Shown: piece by piece, positions 37,123-45,747 of the stretch
Position numbering within the stretch: position 1 is the first letter of the stretch
How the letters are laid out: every line of letters begins with the position of its first letter
Assembly (NCBI GenBank): GCA_965237675.1
Contig: OZ250150.1
Coordinates: 3,072,001 to 3,136,000 of the forward strand
Length of the DNA stretch: 64,000 nucleotides
Source: Candidatus Latescibacterota bacterium
GTDB lineage: Bacteria > Latescibacterota > UBA2968 > GCA-2709665
Reading direction: 5' to 3'
Translations under genes and position numbers: made by a program
Notes under the pieces: model-generated
Told to the model about the DNA's origin: nothing
Seen by the model: the letters and a program-made list of their open reading frames with translations, nothing else
Databases searched by the model: none

Positions 37123-38580
37123 ATGGGCTGCCGTGCGGCCCTGGGTGCAATGGTTCTCCTGATGATTCCAGTTGCGGGGTTTGCCCATAGTCTGGGGGCG
37201 GATTTCGACGGAGACGGGAAGGTGGGGTTTTCGGATTTCCTGCTGTTTGCAAAATCGTACGGATCCACGATTGTCCGATTCGACCTGAACGACGACGGCC
37301 GGGTGGACTTCGACGATTTTCTATTGTTTGCCGGGGATTACGGTAAGGTCACCCACGAGGCGGGAGAGACGGAGGTCGGGGGCGAACGGTCGACGTTCGA
37401 GGCGATACAGGACCATATATTCAACGACAGTTGCATCAGCAGTTCCTGCCACAGTTCGGCGTGGGCGGCCGCCGGGCTTTCGCTCGAACCGGACGTGGCG
37501 TACGAACAACTGGTGGGGCGGGTCCCGCAGAACGCGAAGGCGCGGGAACTGGGGATGCTGCTTGTCAAGGCGGGGGATCCCAAACAGAGTTTTCTGATGA
37601 CAAAGCTGACGGGGTCGGGAGTGGGGTTCGGCGATCCGATGCCGAGGTCGTATTCCAGTTTGAGCGGCGTTGCAATAGACGCGATTCGCTCCTGGATCGC
37701 GGCCGGCGCGCCGCGGGATAGCGTGGTGCCGGATGCGCCCGACATGGACCGGGTTCCGCACTCGACGACGTTCTATTTCCAACCGCCCGCGCCGCCCCGG
37801 CGAGGGTTACAGATTCACCTGAAACCCTTTGCGATCGCGCCACGTTCGGAGCGGGAGATTTTTTCGACGACACGGCTGGGTGCGGCGGAAGACCTGATGG
37901 TGAACAAAATCGTGGTGGTACAGCCGGAGGGCAGCCATCATTTCATCATCTATCAGCTGACGGACGAGAACCCGCCGCCGCCGGGCATTCGGAATCTGGA
38001 TCCGACCGATCTTTCGCAGGCTCTCGGGATCTTTAGCAAACGGTTTGTCGTGGGTAGCCAGTCGACGAAGGCGGTGTTCGATTTTCCGGACGGCATTGCA
38101 ATTCCGATGCCTGCCGATGCGACGTACGAGCTGAACTCCCATTTCGTAAATACGTCGGGTGAAAACACGCTTATCGGCGAGGTGTACGTCAATCTGCATA
38201 CGATGCCCGCCGACAGCGTCAAAGTGGTGGCAAAACCCATCTTTGTCAGCTATTTCGGCATTCAGGTTCCGCCGGGTCAATCGGTGGCCGCCGGTCGGGA
38301 CTGGACGATGCGGCGCGACATCAACCTGGTCATGCTGTCTTCACACATGCATCGCCACGGTCGCCGGTTTGATATTTTCCTGGGCGACGAACGGATCTAC
38401 CGGAGCGAGGAGTGGGACGAGCCGGCGACGCTCGTGTTCAATCCCGCGCTCGAGGTCAAAGCCGGAGAACGGGTGAGATTCGAGTGTACCCACGAGAACG
38501 ACGACAAGGATTTCACGATTGGATTCGGATTTACGGCCGAGAACGACGAGATGTGCATCATGCTGGGGTATTACTATTGA
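37123..38580 (+). CDS. secreted protein: dockerin-like EF-hand pair + atypical c-type heme domain + copper type II (PHM/DBH-like) monooxygenase
   Basis: Signal peptide; DFDGDGKVGFSDF and DLNDDGRVDFDDF; CISSSCH...MP...IRSWI..GA; copper ligands SHHF, NSHF, HMH, EMC. Confidence 0.75.
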   Translation: MGCRAALGAMVLLMIPVAGFAHSLGADFDGDGKVGFSDFLLFAKSYGSTIVRFDLNDDGRVDFDDFLLFAGDYGKVTHEAGETEVGGERSTFEAIQDHIFNDSCISSSCHSSAWAAAGLSLEPDVAYEQLVGRVPQNAKARELGMLLVKAGDPKQSFLMTKLTGSGVGFGDPMPRSYSSLSGVAIDAIRSWIAAGAPRDSVVPDAPDMDRVPHSTTFYFQPPAPPRRGLQIHLKPFAIAPRSEREIFSTTRLGAAEDLMVNKIVVVQPEGSHHFIIYQLTDENPPPPGIRNLDPTDLSQALGIFSKRFVVGSQSTKAVFDFPDGIAIPMPADATYELNSHFVNTSGENTLIGEVYVNLHTMPADSVKVVAKPIFVSYFGIQVPPGQSVAAGRDWTMRRDINLVMLSSHMHRHGRRFDIFLGDERIYRSEEWDEPATLVFNPALEVKAGERVRFECTHENDDKDFTIGFGFTAENDEMCIMLGYYY

Positions 38581-38664
38581 GAAATCCGAAGTCGCGTTAT
38601 CCGGGGAGGGATCCGCTCCTTACCCAAGAGCACGGGTTGGTGACGTGGGATTCGGATTCACGGG

Positions 38665-39435
38665 CTAATCAATGCTCCTCATCACCTCATCGAACAGAAC
38701 CCGGTTTGTGGAGATGGCTTCTTCGCCACGAATGGTCGATTTTCCACGCCAGTCCGTAAACGTCCCGCCCGCTTCTTCCAGTATGGGTTGCAATGCGGCG
38801 CAGTCCCATACGGCCATGATGGGGTCCAGCATAATTTCCGCGCGGCCTGTGGCGACCAGGATGTGACCATAACAATCCCCCCATCCACGGCAGTAGGCAA
38901 CCTTTCGCGCGAGATTTCGATACGCGCCGTCCTTACGGTGTTCGGCAAACGATTCGAAGTCGGTTGCGCACATGAGGGCGTCTTCCAGGCGTGAGACCGT
39001 GGAGACCCGTGCAGGCCTGCCATTCCACGTGCAGCCTGAGCCCCTGGCGGCACAGACCATCTCGTTTACGGCAGGAAGATTGACCACGCCCACAGACGGG
39101 ATGCCGTCGATTTCCACGCAGATCATCACTCCGTAGAGCGGTACGCCGTGTACAAAAGACTTGGTGCCGTCGATCGGATCGATGATCCAGCAACGGCCGG
39201 TCCGGCCGGGCCGATCTCCGAATTCTTCTCCCACAATGGCGTCGTCAGGGAAACGATTTTGAATCAACTCCGTGATTTTTCGTTCCGCGGCGAGGTCGGC
39301 GGCGGTAACCGGGCTATTGTCGGATTTCTTGTCAACCTGGACACCGGTCTGAAAGTGCCGCAGCGTAATGCGCCCGGCCTGCCAGGCCGCGTGGGTGCTG
39401 AAGTCCAGGAGTTCCTGGAGAGAAGGCTCTGCCAT
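38665..39435 (-). CDS. hisN: histidinol-phosphatase, inositol monophosphatase family
   Basis: Motifs KSDNSPVTAAD, GEE, WIIDPIDGTKSF, WGDCYG, WDCAA. Confidence 0.8.
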   Translation of the reverse strand: MAEPSLQELLDFSTHAAWQAGRITLRHFQTGVQVDKKSDNSPVTAADLAAERKITELIQNRFPDDAIVGEEFGDRPGRTGRCWIIDPIDGTKSFVHGVPLYGVMICVEIDGIPSVGVVNLPAVNEMVCAARGSGCTWNGRPARVSTVSRLEDALMCATDFESFAEHRKDGAYRNLARKVAYCRGWGDCYGHILVATGRAEIMLDPIMAVWDCAALQPILEEAGGTFTDWRGKSTIRGEEAISTNRVLFDEVMRSID

Positions 39436-39879
39436 GGGGGTCCCTTTTTCTATTCCGTGAGGCGCAATGCGTTCGGGGGGCCGCCCCCAATCGCACGACG
39501 GAAATGAGCCGGTGCTGTTCCGTATGTGGCTGGAATGTATGCAGGCGTCGAAAGGTTGTCAAGTTCGCGCCGGCATTGTTCAGAGTTCTGCTTGCGTTTT
39601 CCGTCCGGAATGGTTATATTTTTCGGTGGAGGCTGGATCCTCGGGTTCAACCTTTAAAAGTGCCTTGAATCTACGTAAGGGTGACCCAACCGGAAGTTAT
39701 TCCACAGGTTACTGTGGAACTTCGTCAATAATTTTCGGCACCTGGTAGGTTAGGCGCTTTTTTTTTTCGGGTGCGCCACCATACTTCAATGCAGATGTGC
39801 CGTCCGCTTCGGGCGTACCGGCGCGTTCGGCGAGGTTTGCCCGCGGTGTGCTCGCGCATTGTATCGACGGGAGGTGCCG

Positions 39880-40653
39880 ATGCTGGAAGTCGAGTTTGTG
39901 GAGCCCGTGGACGTGGAGAAAGCGGCCCGGATTTTTCATCGGGACGGGTTTGTCGTGGTGCGGAATGCACTGACGCCACGGCAACTCGCCTATGCCAGGT
40001 CGGGGGCGGAACGGGTGATTGCACAGCAGACGGCGGCCATCCCGCTGGAGGATGCGAACCGCGGATATGCGCGCTACTCCTTCGGCCCGCAACTCCACCA
40101 TCCCGAGTGGGCGCAACTGATTGATTTGCAAACAGTTTTGCCAGTTCTGGAAGCGATATGGAAGTGCGATGATTTCTATTGCTGGGGTGGCGGGGGAGAT
40201 TACTCGCTGCCGGGAGCGGAAATTCAGAAATTGCATGCCGATACCGGGGATATGCTCCGTGATCCACAGGGACGGGTGACCGTGATGGATCTGCCCACGC
40301 CGATCATTGCGGTGAATTTTCCCATGGTTGATTTCACGCAGGTCAATGGCGCAACCCGGTTTGTCCCTGGCACCCACCGGTGCCGGCACCCGGTACCCTC
40401 GCTGGAGGAGGAACCTGAATGGATGAAACGGTCGATCGTCTGCGGGCCGTCGGGAGGGGCGGTGATTCGCGATATACGTTGCTGGCACGGGGGCACGGCC
40501 AACCGGTCGGATGAGATTCGCGCGATGACCAGCGTGGGGTATGCGGCGCCCTGGTTCTTGTGGTTCCGGAAAGACAACCTGTTGCCCCGGGGCGTGTACG
40601 ATGGTCTCCCGGCGCGGGCAATGCAACTGACTCGATTTATCGTGGACGTCTGA
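39880..40653 (+). CDS. PhyH-family Fe(II)/2-oxoglutarate dioxygenase
   Basis: Motifs LHAD, NGATRFVPGTH, WHGG..N.S...R. Confidence 0.88.
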   Translation: MLEVEFVEPVDVEKAARIFHRDGFVVVRNALTPRQLAYARSGAERVIAQQTAAIPLEDANRGYARYSFGPQLHHPEWAQLIDLQTVLPVLEAIWKCDDFYCWGGGGDYSLPGAEIQKLHADTGDMLRDPQGRVTVMDLPTPIIAVNFPMVDFTQVNGATRFVPGTHRCRHPVPSLEEEPEWMKRSIVCGPSGGAVIRDIRCWHGGTANRSDEIRAMTSVGYAAPWFLWFRKDNLLPRGVYDGLPARAMQLTRFIVDV

Positions 40654-40766
40654 GTGGGAGGCGGTCAGGGCGCGGCAAGGGGTTGACTGGGCCGCGATGC
40701 GTTGGTAACACGGTTGTTTCGGGCTTGTTTCGGGGTCTACATCAGGCTGAACGAGAGTGAGCCGTC

Positions 40767-40802
40767 GAAGAGGCGCGCAACCGCATGGTTGCGCGCCTCT
40801 TC
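40767..40802. terminator. perfect 16-bp hairpin between convergent genes
   Basis: gaagaggcgcgcaacc-gcat-ggttgcgcgcctcttc. Confidence 0.7.
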
Positions 40803-40809
40803 ATTTAAA

Positions 40810-41829
40810 TCAGGGTACATATCCGACGTCTTTTAGAGTGACTTGCTTTCCGGTATTGTGCGCTTTGCAGGCCGCGGCGGAAACCGCGACGCTTTCCATA
40901 ATTTCAGGGTAGGGAACCGGTGGCTGGCCGGTTTCAATCAGCGTCTTGATCAGTTTGATGTTCTCGTAGGCGCCGTAGGGGAAGACATAATCGCCAAGGG
41001 GGGCTGAATGGATATCGCCCATGTTGCCGAATGCGCTGGCGTAGAAGGCGCAGTGATAAGTATCCCCGGTGTCGCAATTGAGTACGGCGCCGCATCGGGG
41101 AAAGCGGGGTCCGCCCGGGTAAATGAGGTGCATGAAGCCGCCCGTGTTCTCACCCATGGATTCCACGGCTCGCACACCGGGTCCAAACAGGTTTTGAGCC
41201 AGACAGATGGCGTGGATCTGACCGGCCAGGGTAGGACCTCCCCCACGGATGGAGACGAATTCCAGGTTTCCGACTTCCGGAAAGCGGGCGGCGAATTGCC
41301 TGGCCTGAGGGAGGGTATTCAGGATGGACCGTGAAAGCAACGGGGCGTTGTGTTTTTGCGCCAGGCCCACGATCGCGATCGCGTTGTCCAGGTTGTTCGC
41401 GAGCGGCTTGTCGATAAAGGTGGGTACGCCTTTTTCGAGGCCGGGCCTGGCCAGTTCGAGATGGTCGGCGCCATCGTAATTGCAGTCAGCCACCAGAACA
41501 AGGTCCACGTCGTCCGAGACTTCGTGAAAATGGTCGCATACCCGCGGCCTGGACGTGAAGACCTGCGAGAAGATCTCCCCGACGCCGGGGTGTTCGTCCC
41601 AGACGCGCGCGATTTCGAATTCGTGCAGACGGGGAACGGTCATGCGGGTGGGGTCGCTGTAGAATGTATAAAAATAGAAGTGGGCCCCGCCGCTCATCCA
41701 GGTGTACGGCGCGCCGGCGCTGTTTTCCATGGGCTTCTGCAGGCGAAGGGGCGCGTGCTCGGCCATCAGCGCACCATAATACATGCCGTGCATGTCGCAG
41801 CGGATCAGACCGACTCGGATTTTCTTCAT
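40810..41829 (-). CDS. Gfo/Idh/MocA-like oxidoreductase
   Basis: Motifs IRVGLI, VDLVLVAD, DHLELA..L..GVPTFIDKPLA. Confidence 0.75.
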   Translation of the reverse strand: MKKIRVGLIRCDMHGMYYGALMAEHAPLRLQKPMENSAGAPYTWMSGGAHFYFYTFYSDPTRMTVPRLHEFEIARVWDEHPGVGEIFSQVFTSRPRVCDHFHEVSDDVDLVLVADCNYDGADHLELARPGLEKGVPTFIDKPLANNLDNAIAIVGLAQKHNAPLLSRSILNTLPQARQFAARFPEVGNLEFVSIRGGGPTLAGQIHAICLAQNLFGPGVRAVESMGENTGGFMHLIYPGGPRFPRCGAVLNCDTGDTYHCAFYASAFGNMGDIHSAPLGDYVFPYGAYENIKLIKTLIETGQPPVPYPEIMESVAVSAAACKAHNTGKQVTLKDVGYVP

Positions 41830-41945
41830 GGTTTATCTCCTCAAGACTCCAGCATGAATGTGCTCGACGAAGAATGCAGGGTCTTACCGGCGGCTTCGAG
41901 CGCGAAAAGTATGAAAAAAAAGTCACCAAAACAAGAAGTTTCTTC

Positions 41946-41974
41946 TTGAATACTGAACAAATGTTCAGTATATT
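41946..41974 (+). promoter_or_regulatory. sigma70 promoter with LexA-type (SOS box) palindrome in the spacer
   Basis: TTGAAT-17 nt-TATATT. Palindrome TACTGAACA-AA-TGTTCAGTA (41951-41970) contains both GAAC-N4-GTTC and CTG-N10-CAG. Confidence 0.75.
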
Positions 41975-42060
41975 TTCTGTGCTGAAGTGCAATACATTGT
42001 TCCTTGGCGTGTGATTGATTCGCAATCGGTCGGGTTACTTCAGTTCACGGAGGTCGGTTC

Positions 42061-42921
42061 ATGTCTGTTGAAACTTCTGCATGTCGTCTCACGGCTGAAG
42101 ACAGGTCGCTGGTATATTATTACAGAGAGGTCGATCGACACCCGCGGATCGATTCGGAAGAAGAACGGGTTCTCGCAGCCAGAATTGAAGCGGGGGACGA
42201 CGAGGCGCTCGAGGCGCTGGTAAATGCCAACCTTCGGTTTGTCATACATATTGCCAGGGGGTTCCGAAATCAGGGTCTGCCGATGGGAGATCTCATCAAT
42301 GAGGGCAATTGCGGGTTGTTGACCGCTGCTCGTAAGTTTGATGGGCGCAAGGGTTTCAGATTCATTACCTACGCCGTCTGGTGGATTCGGCAGCATATAC
42401 TCAAGGCACTGGACGTACAAACCCGTTCTATCCGGTTACCCGCCAGTGTGTTGAACGATCTAGGCCGCCTGCGTAAGACTGAAGATCGACTTATGCAGCA
42501 CCTGGAGCGGGGTCCAGCGCGGGAGGAAATCGCCGCTGAGTCCGGTTTGCCGGTTAAAAGGCTGAATCGCTGTCTGGATGCCGCCGCAAACGCCATTTCG
42601 CTGGACACCACACCTGCTGACGACCGCGACAGCCTCAGGCTTGCGGAGACACTGGAAGACCGACGCGCCGTTCCTGCGGACGAGGTGTTTGATAGGCACT
42701 GCAGAATCCATGCCGTAGAAAAGTCACTGGATGGCCTTTCCGAACGGCACCGGAAGATCCTGACGCTTTATTTCGGGATGCACGGCGACGAACCGGCAAC
42801 GTACCAGGAAATCGGGCGCCGGTTGGGTATCAGCCGGGAGCGGGTGAGGCAGCTGAAAGAGGATGCTTTCGGAAAGTTGAGGCAGCCTTCGGTGCGGCGG
42901 CGGCTGGAGGGACATCTATAG
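42061..42921 (+). CDS. RpoD/RpoS-like sigma70-family factor lacking region 1.1
   Basis: 286 aa. Motifs LVNANLRFV, DLINEGNCGL, FITYAVWWIRQ, IRLP, EIGRRLGISRERVRQL. Confidence 0.93.
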   Translation: MSVETSACRLTAEDRSLVYYYREVDRHPRIDSEEERVLAARIEAGDDEALEALVNANLRFVIHIARGFRNQGLPMGDLINEGNCGLLTAARKFDGRKGFRFITYAVWWIRQHILKALDVQTRSIRLPASVLNDLGRLRKTEDRLMQHLERGPAREEIAAESGLPVKRLNRCLDAAANAISLDTTPADDRDSLRLAETLEDRRAVPADEVFDRHCRIHAVEKSLDGLSERHRKILTLYFGMHGDEPATYQEIGRRLGISRERVRQLKEDAFGKLRQPSVRRRLEGHL

Positions 42922-42962
42922 AGTCGTCTCGGGACGGGATCCCGGGTTTGATGTCCACATGA

Positions 42963-42996
42963 ACGGGCCTGGAAAGTCCTCCGGCCCGTCTTTTTT
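42963..42996 (+). terminator. intrinsic terminator after the sigma gene
   Basis: acgggcc...ggcccgt followed by ctttttt. Confidence 0.65.
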
Positions 42997-43138
42997 CTGA
43001 CGTGTAAATCAAGAAAAAAAACAACCGTTCCATACATCGACCCCGTTTTCCGGACGTTTGTTCTTGACGAATCACGGGAAATGCTTCAATTTATATTCAA
43101 TTCGTCCGCATTCCACAGTTTCGCGAGGCCGTTAGTCT

Positions 43139-43924
43139 GTGTCAGTCATTATTTTTGCGATTCTCGGTGCCCTGGTCTTGATATGGGGCGGGATTGTTGC
43201 ACTGATCTATTGGGTGAAACCGTTGTCGCAGAATCACCTGCTGGGTTTTGGCGGTTATGTAAGCGTCGTGTCATGCGTGATGATTCTCCTTGTGATTCAG
43301 ACGGCCCTCCAACAGCAGGACGTGGCGATGAAAGATACACGCGAGCGTTTGGACAGGACGGTCGAGACGTTCCGCGAGAAGCTGGATGAGCAGGGTGCGA
43401 AACTGCTGGACCGAACCATGGAGAAGGCGGATCTGACCAAGTCGGAATGGGAAGTGCGCGCAGACTTGCAGGAGGAGCAGTCCCGGCTTGTGCGTACAAA
43501 AGCGGACCTCCAGGAAACGCGGAATCGGCTGCGGGACACGAAGGCGGAACTCACAAAAGAGACGAACGCCCACAGCGCCTATGCGGACAGCTTGAATACG
43601 GAACGCGCACTGAGGCGGGATTCGCTGACGCGCCTGGCTCAGGAAGAGGCACGTCACAAGACGACTTTTAGAGATCTCGCCCGTACGCGGGAAAGGCTCG
43701 CGGGCGCAGAGGCGCGCGCGGACCAGCGCAAAAGCGAATTGGGTCTGCTGCGGGCATCGTTGCAACGCGCGGAGAAGCGCGTGGAGGCGGCGCTGAGGAA
43801 TGCGTCTTCCGCACAGAATGAAATCAGCACAATGCTGATCCGGCAGCTTGAGGATGTGAACACCCTGCAGGCTGCCGTGGACTCCATCTACGTTAAGGTG
43901 ATGAAACGCCCGCGGAATCCGTAA
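43139..43924 (+). CDS. membrane-anchored coiled-coil protein
   Basis: Two N-terminal TM helices, then about 200 aa of heptad-rich helix. Confidence 0.75.
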   Translation: MSVIIFAILGALVLIWGGIVALIYWVKPLSQNHLLGFGGYVSVVSCVMILLVIQTALQQQDVAMKDTRERLDRTVETFREKLDEQGAKLLDRTMEKADLTKSEWEVRADLQEEQSRLVRTKADLQETRNRLRDTKAELTKETNAHSAYADSLNTERALRRDSLTRLAQEEARHKTTFRDLARTRERLAGAEARADQRKSELGLLRASLQRAEKRVEAALRNASSAQNEISTMLIRQLEDVNTLQAAVDSIYVKVMKRPRNP

Positions 43925-44020
43925 CCCGAAACGGGGCGGAAAGTTACGCCGCTCCGGGTATCACCCACACACACCATCGCGGTTCACCCGGCGTGAATCC
44001 GCGCACTTCGGAGGCTGCTC

Positions 44021-44884
44021 GTGAACAAAGAACCCGGTTCATCCGGTCATAAGGTGGGTATCGTTATTGTTGTCGGCTTTCTGGCGGCAATTCTGGTTGC
44101 TCTCCTGTTGACGATCTGGAAGCCCGAGACGGTTCCGGAGGTCGATCCTAAGGTCGTTCAGCTGGAAAGCGATATTGCGCTTTATACGGGCCAGATCGAT
44201 TCGCTGAATGCATTGGTGGATGAAATGGATTCCCGGATCAATGCGATGCGCGCTCATGTGGATAGCGCGAAGGTGTCCAACCGGAAGCTCCTGACGTCGC
44301 TGCACAGGGTGACGAGTGAAATGAGAGAGTATCAGGCGCTCTACCGGAAACAGCAGGCGATGAACGAAAAACTGGTTGCGGAGCTAAAACAGATGAGAGG
44401 CGAGAAAGAGGAGGCTACCGCAGCCGTCCGGGAGTTGAAGGTCGAAGTCGATACCCTGAACAAATTACTGCACGACAAGACAACCCGTCTGATGAGGCTG
44501 GAATCCAGCCTTAAAGAGGCCGTTGAGCAGGCTCAGACCATGCAGGAAACCGCGACCTCCGTGCTGGTCTACATTGGTACCGAAGACACGCTGAAACAGG
44601 TGGGTTATCTGAAAACGAAGCGGGGACTGACAATCAGGAAGAATTACAAACTCGTCGGCTTTCCCGACGTTACCGACGAGCAAAGCCTGGATACGATCAG
44701 AAGGGTCTCTATAGGCGAAACGTTCGCGGTTCCGGGCGAACTGGCGGCGCTTTGCGACCGGCACGGGAAGCTCAGCAAACGAAATGAATATCGGGCCAGC
44801 AGAGGTCCTGAGGGAAAAACGATGATCACATTCTGGGATTCAACGCTGATCGGCCAGCGCGTGCTGGCGGTGCTTAAGGAGTAA
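44021..44884 (+). CDS. membrane-anchored coiled-coil protein with C-terminal globular domain
   Basis: One TM helix, long coiled coil, then VLVYIGTEDTLKQVGYL. RBS GGAGG. Confidence 0.75.
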   Translation: MNKEPGSSGHKVGIVIVVGFLAAILVALLLTIWKPETVPEVDPKVVQLESDIALYTGQIDSLNALVDEMDSRINAMRAHVDSAKVSNRKLLTSLHRVTSEMREYQALYRKQQAMNEKLVAELKQMRGEKEEATAAVRELKVEVDTLNKLLHDKTTRLMRLESSLKEAVEQAQTMQETATSVLVYIGTEDTLKQVGYLKTKRGLTIRKNYKLVGFPDVTDEQSLDTIRRVSIGETFAVPGELAALCDRHGKLSKRNEYRASRGPEGKTMITFWDSTLIGQRVLAVLKE

Positions 44885-44910
44885 TAGGCGCAGGAACCTG
44901 AGGTTCATAC

Positions 44911-44945
44911 AAGCCGGCTGTCCAGTGTGATAGCCGGTTTTTTTT
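44911..44945 (+). terminator. intrinsic terminator
   Basis: aagccggct...agccggttt plus T run. Confidence 0.7.
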
Positions 44946-45341
44946 GTGCTCCAGGCATGGCGCGAAGCGGCGACTGAAGTGGAACGGCGCTGGACGCGGA
45001 AGCCGGGCGCCGGACGGCCGCGTCAGGACTTTTAACAAGGAGTGGCAGGATGCCTGTATCTTCGGGTCCGTGTGTCGGTAGCAGGAATTGTGAGCCTACC
45101 CGTAAAGTGCCGGCGATACGGTATTCAGACGACCAATTTCGGGAACCACTTATGGGTCTGCAGTCACAACCACTGAAGCACATCGCTGGCAGCCCTTGTC
45201 GCAAAATGCGACACTGTGCACGGGGCCGTCGAACTGTGTCCACGTCGGCGACGGCGCGGTCTCGGCAGTTACAGCCCGACCGCAACTGGAAACGCGTGTG
45301 GGCGGTGATGGACCTCCGGGTCACTGTTCAAGAATTGCAGC

Positions 45342-45370
45342 TTGACAGGCTGCCGCCAAGGGTTTACGTT
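45342..45370 (+). promoter_or_regulatory. candidate sigma70 promoter for the giant surface protein
   Basis: TTGACA-17 nt-TACGTT. A further TATAAT lies at 45408-45413. Confidence 0.5.
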
Positions 45371-45747
45371 ACCCGTGATATTACGTTTCTATACTTTATA
45401 TTTTGGTTATAATATCAACATTTGGCCAGTTGGCGGCGGCGGCGCCGATCTTCCAGGGTCCTCGAAAAGCCTCAACGCCATCAGTATTCATGGGAGGGCA
45501 CGTGGCCTCGTCGACCTACCGTGTTCCCACGTCGCCAGTTGGAGGAACAATTGTAGCGGTGCGTTACAGGAATGGCAACCCGACAACACGATGGTGGAGA
45601 ATCCGGACTACCGTTGCGACCACACTTTCGTAGTAAACCACGCATTCGAATGGGGGTATGACTGTGGGACGTATGGCATATAAATCGTTCGTCGCCGGAT
45701 TGGCGAGTCTCGGCCGTATACGCGGTATCGTGGGCGGCTTGCCATTT

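Noticed and set aside
39695-39710. DnaA box / replication origin
   Set aside because: ttattccaca is not TTATCCACA and there is no box cluster.
44950-45740. Short ORFs in the long spacer before the giant gene
   Set aside because: No convincing RBS or motifs; the region looks like promoter and leader sequence.
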